Of a stretch of DNA of 57,562 nucleotides, positions 13,399 to 25,030 are shown in pieces. The translations under genes were made by a program, and so were the position numbers. The notes beneath the pieces were generated by a model that saw nothing but the letters and a program-made list of their open reading frames with translations, had not been told where the DNA came from and ran no database searches. The stretch comes from Ginglymostoma cirratum (Eukaryota). Each line of letters begins with the position of its first letter. Within the stretch, counting starts at the first letter, position 1. The stretch spans positions 30,649,624 through 30,707,185 of the forward strand of contig JAHRHZ010000025.1 in the NCBI GenBank assembly GCA_024137785.1, read 5' to 3'.

Positions 13399-13960
13399 TT
13401 AGAATCACAGAACGGTTACAGCACTGAAGAAGGCTATTTGCTTTTTTCAAATCTGTACAGGCTCTCTGCAGGAGCAATTTAGCAAATCCCCGTCCCTCTT
13501 CCTTTCCTGCTGATTTTCAAGATTATTTTTCTCTTCAGATTTAATTCCCTTTTGAAAGCCACAATGAACCTGCCTTCATAATTTCCTCGGGCAGCATATA
13601 TCAGATTCTTGATGTATCTATGCTTTCTAAAGGGAGTTAGACTGTGGGATAATACAGAAAGAAAGCAGGAAAATGGCATCAAATGAAATACTTACTTGGA
13701 GAACTGGTGCCATCATGATATGGTGAACGGCCTCTGGTATGTGCTGTATTAATTCTGTGATTCTATGATCTTTGGTTCTTTGGAAATCACCTTAAATTTG
13801 TGTCCTCAGTTCTTGATCTTTCCACAACTGGGATCATTTTCTTCCTATCAACTCAATCTCGACCCATTAGTCTGAACAGCTATCTCAAACCTCCTTTCAT
13901 TTTTTGCTTCTCTGTAGAGAACAACCCACATTCTTCAATCACAATGCTTTCATCGCTGGA
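13399..13960 (-). mobile_element. CR1 3' end remnant containing a + strand CR1 tail (~13620-13770)
   Basis: Antisense tail tagaatcacagaacggttacagcactgaagaaggc; internal sense tail ctgtattaattctgtgattctatga. Confidence 0.6.
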
Positions 13961-14928
13961 AAAGTTTTATGAACTGCTTTTTAATTTGTTTAATTTTGCT
14001 GCACTTCATCAACAACAGTGTAAGCTACAAAGTTTTAGCCAATGCAATAAACTGAACTTGTATAAGAATAATTTAAGTAGGTTAGTTTTGCTTTATGTAA
14101 GTATTGTCTTAGCATTACTTGATGAGTTAGTTTTCCTATTTTGAATCCTTGTAAAGCAATATGACTTCTGTTAAAATAATTTTCACATTTCTTCAGTCAC
14201 ATTAGCTGTTCAGATGGAAAGCATATTCCATCTCCTAGCAAATGTGCATTCATTGTACATCTTCTCAATAAAAATATAAAAATACAAATTCCTATCTACT
14301 AACACAAACATGCTGTGGATTGTGGAAAGAAGTAAAAATATCACAGTGATGAATTCACTAAGGAAAGCCTTGCCAACAAGATAGCAATCCTTTCATTTTA
14401 CTTTGTCTGCTGTGGCATTCATGAATTTTCAACTGAATACGTCCAAAAATAGTATCATCTGAGCTTACCAATAAGTAGCACATTGACTGGGAAAAAGTGT
14501 GCTTACGTACATAATTGTACTCAAATTTGCAACTGAAATTAAGCATGGTGCAATCCCAAACTCTTACATTGTATATACGACTGTCATAAGTCCATTCTTC
14601 AAAGCAGTGCATATAAAATAATCAGAAAGACAAAATAATGACTAATTATGAAAATAAATACCAGCACACAAAGGAAAGTGGGTGTTTTTTGCTTGTTGAG
14701 CTTGGTATTAATGGTATCATTTCAAAATGACATTGATAGCCTGCTCAATTTGCCATTTCAGAGCAGCTGATGCTGTTTTGCAAGGGGTGTGAAAGGATAC
14801 TGAAAGTGTGCCTATTTTTTAAAAAGTACTTTTACAGTGCAAGTTGAGAACCCAGAACTTCAAGTGCAATTGTTTGGTTAAATTAGTTTGGATGTGCAGT
14901 GTGAATGGTTTGATAGTTTTTTTTAAAA

Positions 14929-15254
14929 TAGAAGCCCCGCAGCGTGAAAACAGGGCATCCAGCCCATCAAGTCCACACTGACCCTCCACACAGCATCCCA
15001 CCCAGAACCATCCCCCTACTCTATTCCTGAAAGCCTCCATTTCCCATAGCTAACTGACCTAGCCTGGACACGATGGGGCAATTTAGCATGGCCAATCCAA
15101 TTAACCAGCACATCTTCGAGCTGCGGGAGAAAACCCATGCAGATACAGGGAGAATGTGCAAACTCCGCACAGATGGTCATCCAAGGCTGGGATTGAACTT
15201 GGTTCACTAGAGCTGTAAGGCAGCAATGCTAACCACTGAACCACCGTGCCATCC
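14929..15254 (-). mobile_element. HE1-type V-SINE
   Basis: Reverse complement has a tRNA-like head (ggcacggtggttcagtggttagc...aagttcaatccc), the V-domain gagtttgcacattctccc and a CR1/HER1-like tail. Confidence 0.9.
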
Positions 15255-16062
15255 AACAAGCTGTAGAGTTGTTAAGTTTGAAATTAGCTTTGGGCTGACA
15301 CTAAGACTGTAATCTCTTCCACCCTGCACAACTTACAACTTGCATACAGCTAGAGTGGTCTAATATTGGTCAACATTAATCCACCGAACTGCAGCTGGAT
15401 GCCAGTTTGGCAACCTATAGCTCAGCTGCTCAATACACTGAGGGCAGCAGCTAAAAATCACGGCCACCTCTTTACTGTGGTGTACTCCAAAAGTCAGGAG
15501 CCCAAAAGCCAAACTTTATCTGAGAATGTAACCTAGAGTCTTCAGTAAAAATTGCACAACCTGAATACTGGAGAACAAAGGTAATTTGGTCAATCCTTCC
15601 ACCCATTAGCAAATAAATTGTATCATCCACCCTTTCTAGCATTTAACTCTTTAAAGAATTGTGATCCACTGCCTCAGAAATCTGTGTCAAATGTTGATTG
15701 TTCCTTGTGTGAGAAAACAGCACCTTCAAGGAGAGTAAACTCTCAAAGCCTATTTTGAGATTCTTACTAGTTCTTTTAAATATTCAAATGACCAATAACA
15801 CTTCGAGATTTCATATCTGAAATTAAGCTGTTTGAGCTGCTTTGTTAATGACATGCTGAGTAGGAGCATCTCGGTGTGAAACAAAAACATAGAGAACAAA
15901 GGTTCATTGGTGATTTATGTTGAGCTGGTTAATGGTGCATCAGTAAGCAGGAAGATGGATGTAGTTGACTTTGAGAGGGGTGAAATAAAAGGTACATGTC
16001 CAATCATAATTATGTTCCAATGTGGTACCTACAGTGAACTCACAGCTGCTCAGATAGACAGC

Positions 16063-16145
16063 AGAGTCTAAAGGTGTGAGACTGGAAAAACACAGCAGGT
16101 CTGATCGCATTTGAGGAGCAGGTAAGTCAATGTTTCAGGCCGATT
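16063..16145 (-). mobile_element. PLE terminal fragment (related family)
   Basis: aaggtgtgagactggaaaaacacagcaggtc...gaggagcagg...tgtttcagg resembles the family A arm. Confidence 0.5.
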
Positions 16146-17066
16146 TGGTCCATTTTGGACCTTATTGTCTCTCACATAGATTGCAGCCAGTTACCAACAC
16201 GCAGCTGAAATTTACACTCCTGAGACAGAGGGTTCAGAGGCTGGAGATGGGAATTTATTCACCCAATAGACGGCCTATTCCCTCTGTTCTGCCACTCTTA
16301 ATATATTGTCAGCAGTGGGGTTAACATTCTTGCCAGTAGGTCAATTGAGATTCTTAAGTGTGCAATTAATTCCCAATTAATGGCCCTGTCTTGTTGCCAG
16401 TAGGGCTTAACCAGGGGCAGCAGAAGCCCACATCTGACAGCCGGGCTGGTAGGTTTTCCAGGGCGTCAAGATTTTTAAGGCCCACATTGCTCTCACCACA
16501 TTTGTCCTTTTAAACTACACCTGTGACCTGCTCGTTTCACACCAAAGATGCCAAAACACTGACCCAAATGCCAGTCCAATGCCCTGATTGGCCAGCAGTT
16601 CTCTGAGGTGGGACTTTCTGTCTCAGAAGTCCAGCTCCTCAGTACATTGCAAGCTACCATTTAGTGCTTACCGGGAACAAGTGTTCCCTTTGGTGGGCTC
16701 CCTTCCACCTTAATCCTTAGCCTAGGAGAAACGGTCAGGAAGAAAATCCAGTGTCTCATGTAATTTGTCCCAAAGAATGGAAACAATTTATGGCACAGAA
16801 GGAAACCATTCAGCCCAGCTTATCCATGCTATCCAGCCTGATCCTACTTTCCAGCTCTTGGTCCAGAGCTCAGCAGGTTCCAATATCTCAAAAGCATGTG
16901 TTCAAGTGAGTTACACAATTTTATTAATGCAACGATGATTTCAGCCTCTAAAACTCTTCAGCTCCTCTGTCTGAAAAATACAACAGCAGCCCGTCAAATT
17001 TTACTCCTGCCTGAAATTCTCCTTTCTTGAGGTTGTTGACTTGCTCGCTGAGCTGACTTGTTTTTG

Positions 17067-17108
17067 TTCAGATGTTTCATCACCATGCTAGGTGACATCA
17101 TCAGTGGA
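17067..17108 (-). ncRNA. Hammerhead-ribozyme-like motif (antisense arm copy)
   Basis: Reverse complement is CTGATGA-T-GTCACC-tagcat-GGTGAT-GAAAC-ATC, with CpG-type decay. Confidence 0.6.
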
Positions 17109-17214
17109 GCCTCCGATGAAGCCATGTTATTCTACTCCGCTTGGAATTTATACTGTCTGGTCCGTCATGGTATAAATTCCAAGCAGAGTCGAATAACATC
17201 GTGTCATCGGAGGC

Positions 17215-17256
17215 TCCACTGATGATGTCACCCAGCATGGTGACGAAACGTCTGAA
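17215..17256 (+). ncRNA. Hammerhead-ribozyme-like motif (intact core)
   Basis: CTGATGA(17219-17225)-T-GTCACC-cagcat-GGTGAC-GAAAC-GTC(17250-17252). Confidence 0.75.
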
Positions 17257-17409
17257 CAAAAACAAGTCAGCTCGGCGAGCAAGTCAACAACGTCACCCAC
17301 AACCCGAGATACAGATCTTTACCGATACTTTATTCTCCATTCTTGATAACAATTGTTGTAAATCTCCTCTGTACACTCTCTTTACCCGCATCTACAAAAT
17401 TAAAGGCAT

Positions 17410-17595
17410 AGTTCAGCTGGACTATAGGGCTGCTCTCTCATTAGAGAAAGATGACCAGCGGTGATTTAATCTGCGAGTCAGCAGGCCTGAGGTGAGGCAA
17501 GAGTTCAAGCAGGCGACTCCTTCATTGTAACCTCAGCCAGTGCGGGAATTGACCCCACACTGTTGGAAATATTCTGCCTTACCAGCCAACTGACC
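17410..17595 (-). mobile_element. tRNA-derived SINE remnant (non-HE1 family)
   Basis: Reverse complement has a B-box-like ggggtcaattccc followed by ctggctgaggttacaatgaagg...ctctaatgagagagcagccctat. Confidence 0.5.
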
Positions 17596-20414
17596 TCCAA
17601 GCCTGTGCAGAATCATATCTAGCATAAACATGGGCTTGAAGGTAAGAAAAGCAAAGTTGAGAAATGTAGAAGGGAAAATTACCCATGTAATAAAAATGAT
17701 ACACTCAGTTTCTAAAACCTAATCTTAATTGGTTGCTTCAAAGCAAACTCAAGATTAATTAAATAGGAGACGAGGTTAAGCTAAATAAAATTAAAATTGA
17801 TCAGAGAAGTGTTGCTCAGGGTTGTCAGATGTGTCAACAAACTATAGAGTGAACAGGTATTTATACATTCACAGAGAAAGATCTTCTCACATCAGCCACT
17901 GTCTTGAACAGGGTGGTATCAACCAAATTGAAGGATTTCTAGCGAAGGGAATAAAGGTCAGATTTGAAGGTGAATAAACTTGTACAGTTCAAATGATTAC
18001 AGGGCAAGAATTACCAAGGGGCTGGAAGCAGATTTTTCCCTGCCATCTCTGCTGGAGAATATATAGTGAGGAGTAGCTCAGAAGAATTAAAGGGAAAATA
18101 TAAAATAAAAAAGAAGTCTGAGCAGCGACTAACTAAAGGTTTTTAAAATTACACAGATTTTTGAAAGGGAGATGGAGGAGATGTCTAAAAACTAACAGCA
18201 GATTTTTCTCAAAGTGACTGTCTGTGCTCCAAAAGGTTAAGTACAGCTATCTTCTCTCTGCTACCTTGCACTCACTGTAACTCTGCTTTTGCACCCACAT
18301 CTATCCCGCCAAAGGTTCATGGTTTACCACTCTCAATATTACATGTAGTGTCTTCCTTCAAAGGCTAACACACACTCTATCCGCAAAACAACTAACCATA
18401 TCTGACCTCTGTGATTCCTACTCACTTACCTGGGATCCCTCACCAGGGTTCCTGACTGAAGACAGAGCAGGACTCTGGCTGACCACAGTTCCCCCTCACA
18501 GGAATAAGAAGTGATTTCCTTAAACTTGCAGAAATGGCCATTCGGTTGAAGCACATTCAATGTGTTTGCCACATAAGCTGCTGGCACACGTTGTAAGTGA
18601 GACATTGACATGGCATGGTGCCATATATCAACATATCCACCCCTTTGACTGTTTACTCCTTGCAAACATAACAAGCTGCCTGGCTTTCTGTTTGTATGAT
18701 AAAGCAAGGCAAGTTGAAGTTACTGTGAGCATCCAAGTTAGCGTTAAGATAGCAAGTGAAAAGTCCTAAGATGTATCCTACTCTGATGTGTGAAATGGGT
18801 GCCTGCACCTGTAAGCAATGTGACCTAATAGCAGTATTGCAATGGAGGGTGATGGTGAATTCCAAGATGCAATATTGAAGTGAAGAACTGTATTCTAAGT
18901 GAGTTGGTGAGGTGTCATTAGGATGTGCTGAGGCTGGTGTTTTGCTGAAGTCAACCTCTGTAGATGGGGGTTACAGGCAGTCACTGCCCTGTGAGTTGGG
19001 GAATACTGGCCAAGCTGGATACCTGGAGAAAATGCCAGGGAGCTGCAGCAACTGCACTGACTTTCATGTTGGGAATTGGTGCCATTCAGTTTCCCTCCAG
19101 TACCCAGGAAAATAGCAACCTGCATATAAATGCAGTGAATTAGGCAATAATGCGATGTTAATGCATGTTTAGTGGTGAGATTCCCAACTAGCTGTCTGAA
19201 ACTTCAGCAGAAAATAGGACTTCATTTTCCCAACATCCAGAATCTCATTGTTTCATTTTCATTGTATTTTCCCAATGGTCTTGCTATGGTTTATATCTTT
19301 CTGTTTCTGGGAAAATTCTGCCCCAAAAGTCAATTATATAAAGGGCTGAATTTTGCTGTAATAATAATGGTGGAACTGTCAGTGTTCCCCATGATTAATC
19401 CACTTTAACTGACTGCACTACTGCAGCTTGCAAATGTACAGTTGAATATAGAAATCTGGAACACATTGTCTGTGATTCACTATTGCCCCAATAGGATGTG
19501 CTATTGAGATTCCCTTGGATTGCAATCAAGCAGAAATCACTGAACAGACTGAAGTTGCCTTTATAAGTTATAAGACACACTGTAAGTACCCTTAAATAAA
19601 TTACATCTGTTTATATAAGGTGTAACTAGGTATTTAGAATGCTTACCAAGTTCAGAGTTATTCCTGAAGAACAACAATGGCCTTCAAATCTAACGTAATA
19701 TTTGTGAAATATCATTGTTTTTTCATTATGGTAAAGAAATCATATCTTTATTCCTGTGATATATCCCAATCAATTAATTTTACTGTCCATAAGCATTTAA
19801 ATAAAAGTGAAAAATTCAGTGTGCTCTACTTTCTGATTTACTGTCTGTGAGAATGCGTCAATGTAATTAGTCACTTACTCTGCTTGATGACTTAATTGCT
19901 GTTCGCTGCCTTTGGATCCCCATGACTCAGTGCGAAGATTCAAACTGGCATTGGGAAATGTGAAATTTGTCCCAGACAGATTGTTAGATTTTTAGGGGAA
20001 GTTTTCTGCAAGGTTACTGGTGAGTAAATGAAAACCGAAGTTATTTACTAATAATCAGGTGAAATGTTTTACCAAAAGAATGGGGAGAATGCAGAACTTG
20101 CTGGAGTAGTTGAGTAAATGGGATAAAAGTGTTAAAAGAAAAGCTAGATCAGGAAGAAAAGAACAGCAAAATACCCTAGTAGTGTGGAGTATTAACACTT
20201 GCACAGACAAGTTGAGCTAAATGACCTGTTTCTGTGTCATAACACAACAAAACTGTTAGAATAAATAATGCTGTTTGTGGGCATCAATACAAATGAGGTG
20301 ATTTTTTTCTCCCAAAAACGGCAAAGTGTAATAGCCCGTTGGAGGTATGCCAGATTCTGATCCATTCCAGCTTTTAATGATTAATCTTGACATTGCTGTA
20401 CAATACTGGAACAA

Positions 20415-20590
20415 CCCTGTCTGATGAGACGTTAAACTAAAACACTGCCTGTCCTGTGAGTGTCAAAGCTGCAAGAGGGAAATATGAAGTGAAACTAATA
20501 CATTTGCTTTCCAGGAAAGAAAGGCTATCCTGGCCAAAAGATGTTTAAATGGCATTAAAAAAAAATCAAAACTATCCGATCAATTAACAT
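20415..20590 (+). mobile_element. Highly decayed DeuSINE (AmnSINE1/SacSINE1-like) remnant
   Basis: gatgagacgttaaac...ctgcctgtcct...tcctggccaa resembles the Deu-domain landmarks also seen at 47930-48100. Confidence 0.4.
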
Positions 20591-21635
20591 TTACCATTAA
20601 ATAGAATCAATTCTATTAAGGAGAGGATGAAACTAGATACTTAAAATAATATTTAGTTTGTTCCCATTACATTTTAATAAGACTGAAGTCCACTTCGTAT
20701 TAAAACAATGATACTTACACAAATATATCAGACATGGTTGAACTAACTGGTACTACACCAGGCACAATATTACAATTAGCTTTAAATCTAAAACAATGTT
20801 TGAGTAATGCAGGTGCCGTGAACACTTCTTTCTGGGGATACTAATTTGAACCTAGTCTTTAATGATAATATAGATGTCGTCCATCAGATGGAGAAAAGGT
20901 TCCCACATGAATGGAACAAACCAGTTTTTAGTTAGAACAGAACTTTTAACTTTGGAGGGAGTGTGTACCAAGTTATACTGGCATGGCTACTCAATAAAAA
21001 AGATTAGCTGGATTGGAAAATGTTAAAATCTTAGGAAAGCATAACTGTCATTTCAACACAGTAGGAAAATCTTTCTAACAGTCAAATAAAGGGCCATTTC
21101 AGTCTTCCTGATTTACTATCTAATCTGAGAATATTTTACAATGAAATAAATGGAAAAAAGAACTGAGAAATGTTCCATTCCTCAACCATCATATTTTTCA
21201 GCTTGATGTATCAGAATCCTCCAACAACAAATTTATTCAGGTCAACTGCTTGATCCTAATTTTAATCAAAAGTTAATTAAGCCTAAATCTTTTGTCCTGC
21301 TTTCATATGGCAAACATAGTGGTGATTTTGATCTGTTGTAGTGCAAAGTACCTCAAACGCACCTTGATTCAGAAAGCTGTTGCAGTAACCTTCAGTTGCC
21401 ACAAGATGCATTTAGCCCATAGAAAAATCTAATAATATCGGAGTTAAATTTTATGCTTGAAACACAGGTTTCATAAAATATAGAGGAGATGCGCCTAATT
21501 TGCAAATATGTAATTGACTCCATCCCATTGAGTCATTCATTAAACAACTCAATCAAAACAAAAAAAAACCCTTTTTACACAGAATTGAAACATTCACTTT
21601 GCACGAAAGTGATTCAACTTTCAAAATATACTTAC

Positions 21636-21726
21636 AGCCTCTAGGTGAAATCTGCCAGAGCGCTGGTTATATTTGACGCTCTGTGGATGGAAAATTTGCA
21701 GTGCTTTTGATGTATAGATTGAAATT
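21636..21726 (-). other. Candidate 91 nt spliced exon (gene unknown)
   Basis: Acceptor ctttatacttttcctgtag| and donor |gtaagtat. One frame is open (ISIYTSKALQIFHPQSVKYNQRSGRFHLEA). Confidence 0.25.
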
Positions 21727-22049
21727 CTACAGGAAAAGTATAAAGCAGTTTTACAATTGGTTCTGTATGAATGTTCAATCAAGTAATGATTAACCAGGAA
21801 CCCACTAAGCATTTATACAGTGAATCAGTAACATCTCACAAGATTAAAGGTTCTGTGAGAAATTTATTTCTACTATCCAAGTAAATATTTAGACGATTAG
21901 ATCTGAGGGGGAGGGCAACTGAAAACTGAAGACATAGCGTTCATGTTAAAATGAAAGGACAGGGTTGGGCAGGGTCACTTGATTTTGGGTCAACACCTTC
22001 CACCCTAGATCTGCACCACAAGATTACTGGCTGCCAACTGGAAACCTGG

Positions 22050-22610
22050 AATAAACATAGAAAATGCCGAAACTACTCAGGAGGTCAAGAGGCACTTTCG
22101 GAGAGAGAAACAGAGTTAATCTCTCATAACGATGATGGTCTTGATGCGAGTTCTGATGAAGGTTATTGTTAACTGAAGATTTTGAACCCTGGAGTAGCCA
22201 TGTGAAGATGTCATGGAGCTGCCCATCACTGACTATAAATAGCACAGGTGGGTGGAGTTGGGGACTACACTAGAGACTGCACCGAGCTAAATCACACTCT
22301 AGAATGAGAGTCTAAAAAGCACATAAACACCTACACACAAAGAAATAGGATTAGTCCTTGCTTAAGGCAACTATAAGATGAGAACCTGACATATTATTTG
22401 CCATATATTGAAGTAATCAGTGTAAAGTTATCATAAATAGCGTTACTTTGAAGTCGAAGCGTGAAGATTATTCTTGACCTTGTGTTCTCCTTGACCAATC
22501 CATCTTGTATTCAAACTCATAGTAAGGCATCAAGCCATGCAATAAAAGTTATTATCACCTTGGATACTAAAGTTGTTCGTTTCCATAAATGTTGCCTGAC
22601 CCACTCAGCA
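22050..22610. mobile_element. Old PLE-type hairpin remnant split by a ~360 bp unknown insert
   Basis: The left arm (22050-22180) includes gttctgatgaaggtt. A right-arm remnant tccataaatgttgcctgacc lies near 22580-22610. Confidence 0.45.
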
Positions 22611-22984
22611 AGTTAAGAATGTGGAATTTCATCAGGTAGTTATGTTTTAACCTATCTCCCTTCAATTTATGCTTAATCTGAATTGTATTAGCTTGACCCA
22701 GAAATTGACTCATGATGATTTGTAACCAGAACCTTTAGAAAATCAATTAAATTTTCACAACTTGACACAAAAGGAGGGAAGCAGCTGGTTTTTCAAAGCA
22801 AAAGTATGCATCTGAGAGAGACCCAAAGAGGGAAACAGAAACAGTTTTTGCTGTGAAAGACAGAGGAACAATTACTTATTGTGTGTTGGTCACCAAGCAG
22901 GATGTTGGCGGGAACTCATTCTCTGTCCAAAGATGACAGAGTATTTGGCCAACAAATGATTTGAGAGCCACAACAAAGTGTTTC

Positions 22985-25030
22985 AATCTTAATTTCCCAT
23001 CTGAAATGGCCGAGCAAGCCATTCAGTTGAGTCAAATTATAACCTATGCTATTGGTAACAACAAAGGCTCACCTAACTCATTTTTCCTCACTAATATCTC
23101 GGAACATGTGCTGACATTGGGAAAGCTGCCTTATCAACCAGTAAGCAAAATTTTGATGTTGTCATTAACATGAAATCAAACCTTACAGAAATGTCTCAAC
23201 TTCATCATTACTATCCCTGAGCATGTTCTGTTCCACTGGTGTAACAGATTAGCCAGAGGTGACAGAATGTTTGCGTACAATCGAAAGGAAGTGAACCTGA
23301 GAGTTTTCAACATTGACTCTAGACTCAGGTCAAACGTGGGTTACAGAATCGCCTGTTGATTTCAGCCCTTCTACCATAACCAAGCCAGGGGACGTGGTTC
23401 AATTCTAATTCAATGAGCACACCATCAGCAGAGGCACCAACACTAAGCATTCCTGAAAGTGAAATGCCAATCAGATGAAGCTAAAAATAAAGGACAACGT
23501 TGATGTTAGGAAGCAGAAGCAGCATGTGATAAGGGAGCTAAGTGATCCACAATCAATGCATCAGGTCAAATCCCTGCAGCGTTGTCACATCCAGTTGTGA
23601 ATGGTTGTGGACAATTAAACAACTAACCAGAGGAGGAGAAAACTACATAATATTCATAAACCAGTAATGACAGATCCAGCATCTCTGGTCAAAAGACAAG
23701 GCTGAACGTTTGCAACCATCTTCAGCCAGAAATATCAAATGGATGATTCCTCTCAGCTTCCTGCTGATGTTCCCAGCATCCCAGATGCCAGTCTTCAGCC
23801 AATTTGATTCAAATTAAAAGGTGCTGAATAAAACAAAGGCAATAGGGCCTGACAGCATCCGAGCAGTAGTTCTGAAGATTTGTGCTCCACAAATGCTGCA
23901 CCTCTAGCCAAGATATTCTAGTATAGCGACAACACTGGCACTTACTAAGTGGTGTACAAAACTGCCCAGGAATGTCCTTTTCACAAAATGGAGAGCAAAT
24001 CCCATCCAGCCAACTACCACTCTACCAGAGATAGTAAGAAGTGCTGATGCTGGAGTCTGAGATAACACAGTGTGGAGCTGGAGGAACACAGCAGGCCAGG
24101 CAGCGTCAGGGGAGCAGGAAAGCTGATGTTTCAGGTTGAGATCCTTCTTCTGAAATGGGGGAGGGGAAGGGGGCTCTGAAATAAATAGAGGGAAGGGGGT
24201 CAGGCTGGGGAAAGTAAGTGGGATGGTGATAGGTGAGTGCAGGTAGGTAGTGGTGGGGATTGGTCAGTGAGGTGGGAGGAGCGGATAAGTGGGATAGAAG
24301 ACAGACAGGTCAAGGAGGCGGGGATGAGAGGGAGGATTGGTCATGGGATCAGGCTGGGGGTGGATCCCAGCGTTCAGAAAATGCTGAAAGATGTGACCCA
24401 TTGTGCTATCGAACAGCATTTACTCAGCACTAACCTGTTCATCAACATTTTGCTTGGTTCTGCAAAGGTGGCTTGGCTCTAGACCTCATTTAGTCCAGAC
24501 ATGACAAAAGAGCTGAACACAAAAAATGAGGTGATAGTGACTCACCCTTGATACCAAGGCAACATTCGACGAAGTGAGGTATCAAAGTATCGTTTCTAAA
24601 CTGAAGCCAATGGGAATGAGGGGAAATCATATCTATCAGTAAAGAAGATGTTGAAGGTCAATCTTCTTAGACACTGAGCATCACTGCATAAGTTCTTTAT
24701 GAAAATGTCCTACTTCCAATTATCTTCAGCTGCTTCACCAGTGACCTGCTCTCCATCATCAGGTCACAATTAGGGATGGCTGTTGCAGATTGCACATTTT
24801 CACTATCACTCACAATTCCTCAGGGTACTGAAACAATTCAAATCCACATGCAACAGAAGCTAGAAAATATGTACACTTGGGCTGAGAAATGGCAAGCAAA
24901 TTTGTGCCACACAAGTGCCAGGCAAGAACCATCGCTGTGAGGAGAGAAAATAACCAATTCCCATTGCTAACACCAGTGCTGAAACCTCCAAGATCAACAG
25001 TGCTGGGTGGCTGTTCACCAGAGACATAAC
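22985..25030 (+). mobile_element. Decayed LINE (APE and RT), same family as 10990-11650 and 25060-27065
   Basis: Reads KAIGPDSIRAVVLKICAP and PANYH; its 5' part aligns with 25310-25700. Confidence 0.75.
24026..24365 (-). mobile_element. PLE family A 3' end (pyrimidine-rich UTR and terminal repeat)
   Basis: Reverse complement is colinear with 57160-57562. The hammerhead-like core is decayed. Confidence 0.85.

Larger units (their letters stand above)
17031..17331 (+). mobile_element. Fold-back Penelope-derived element (family C) with 15 bp TSD
   Basis: Inverted arms at 17032-17153 and 17170-17291, a 16 nt loop and a ~40 nt 3' tail. Flanked by attctcctttcttga (17016-17030) and attctccattcttga (17332-17346). 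The right arm is homologous to 8875-9000. Confidence 0.9.
16785..17400 (-). mobile_element. Old CR1 3' remnant hosting the 17.0-17.3 kb hairpin
   Basis: Antisense CR1 tail tatggcacagaaggaaaccattcagccc. Confidence 0.5.

Noticed and set aside
20421-20436. CTGATGAG resembling a hammerhead core
   Set aside because: There is no stem II or downstream GAAA box; it fits the Deu-domain word gatgagacgttaaac.
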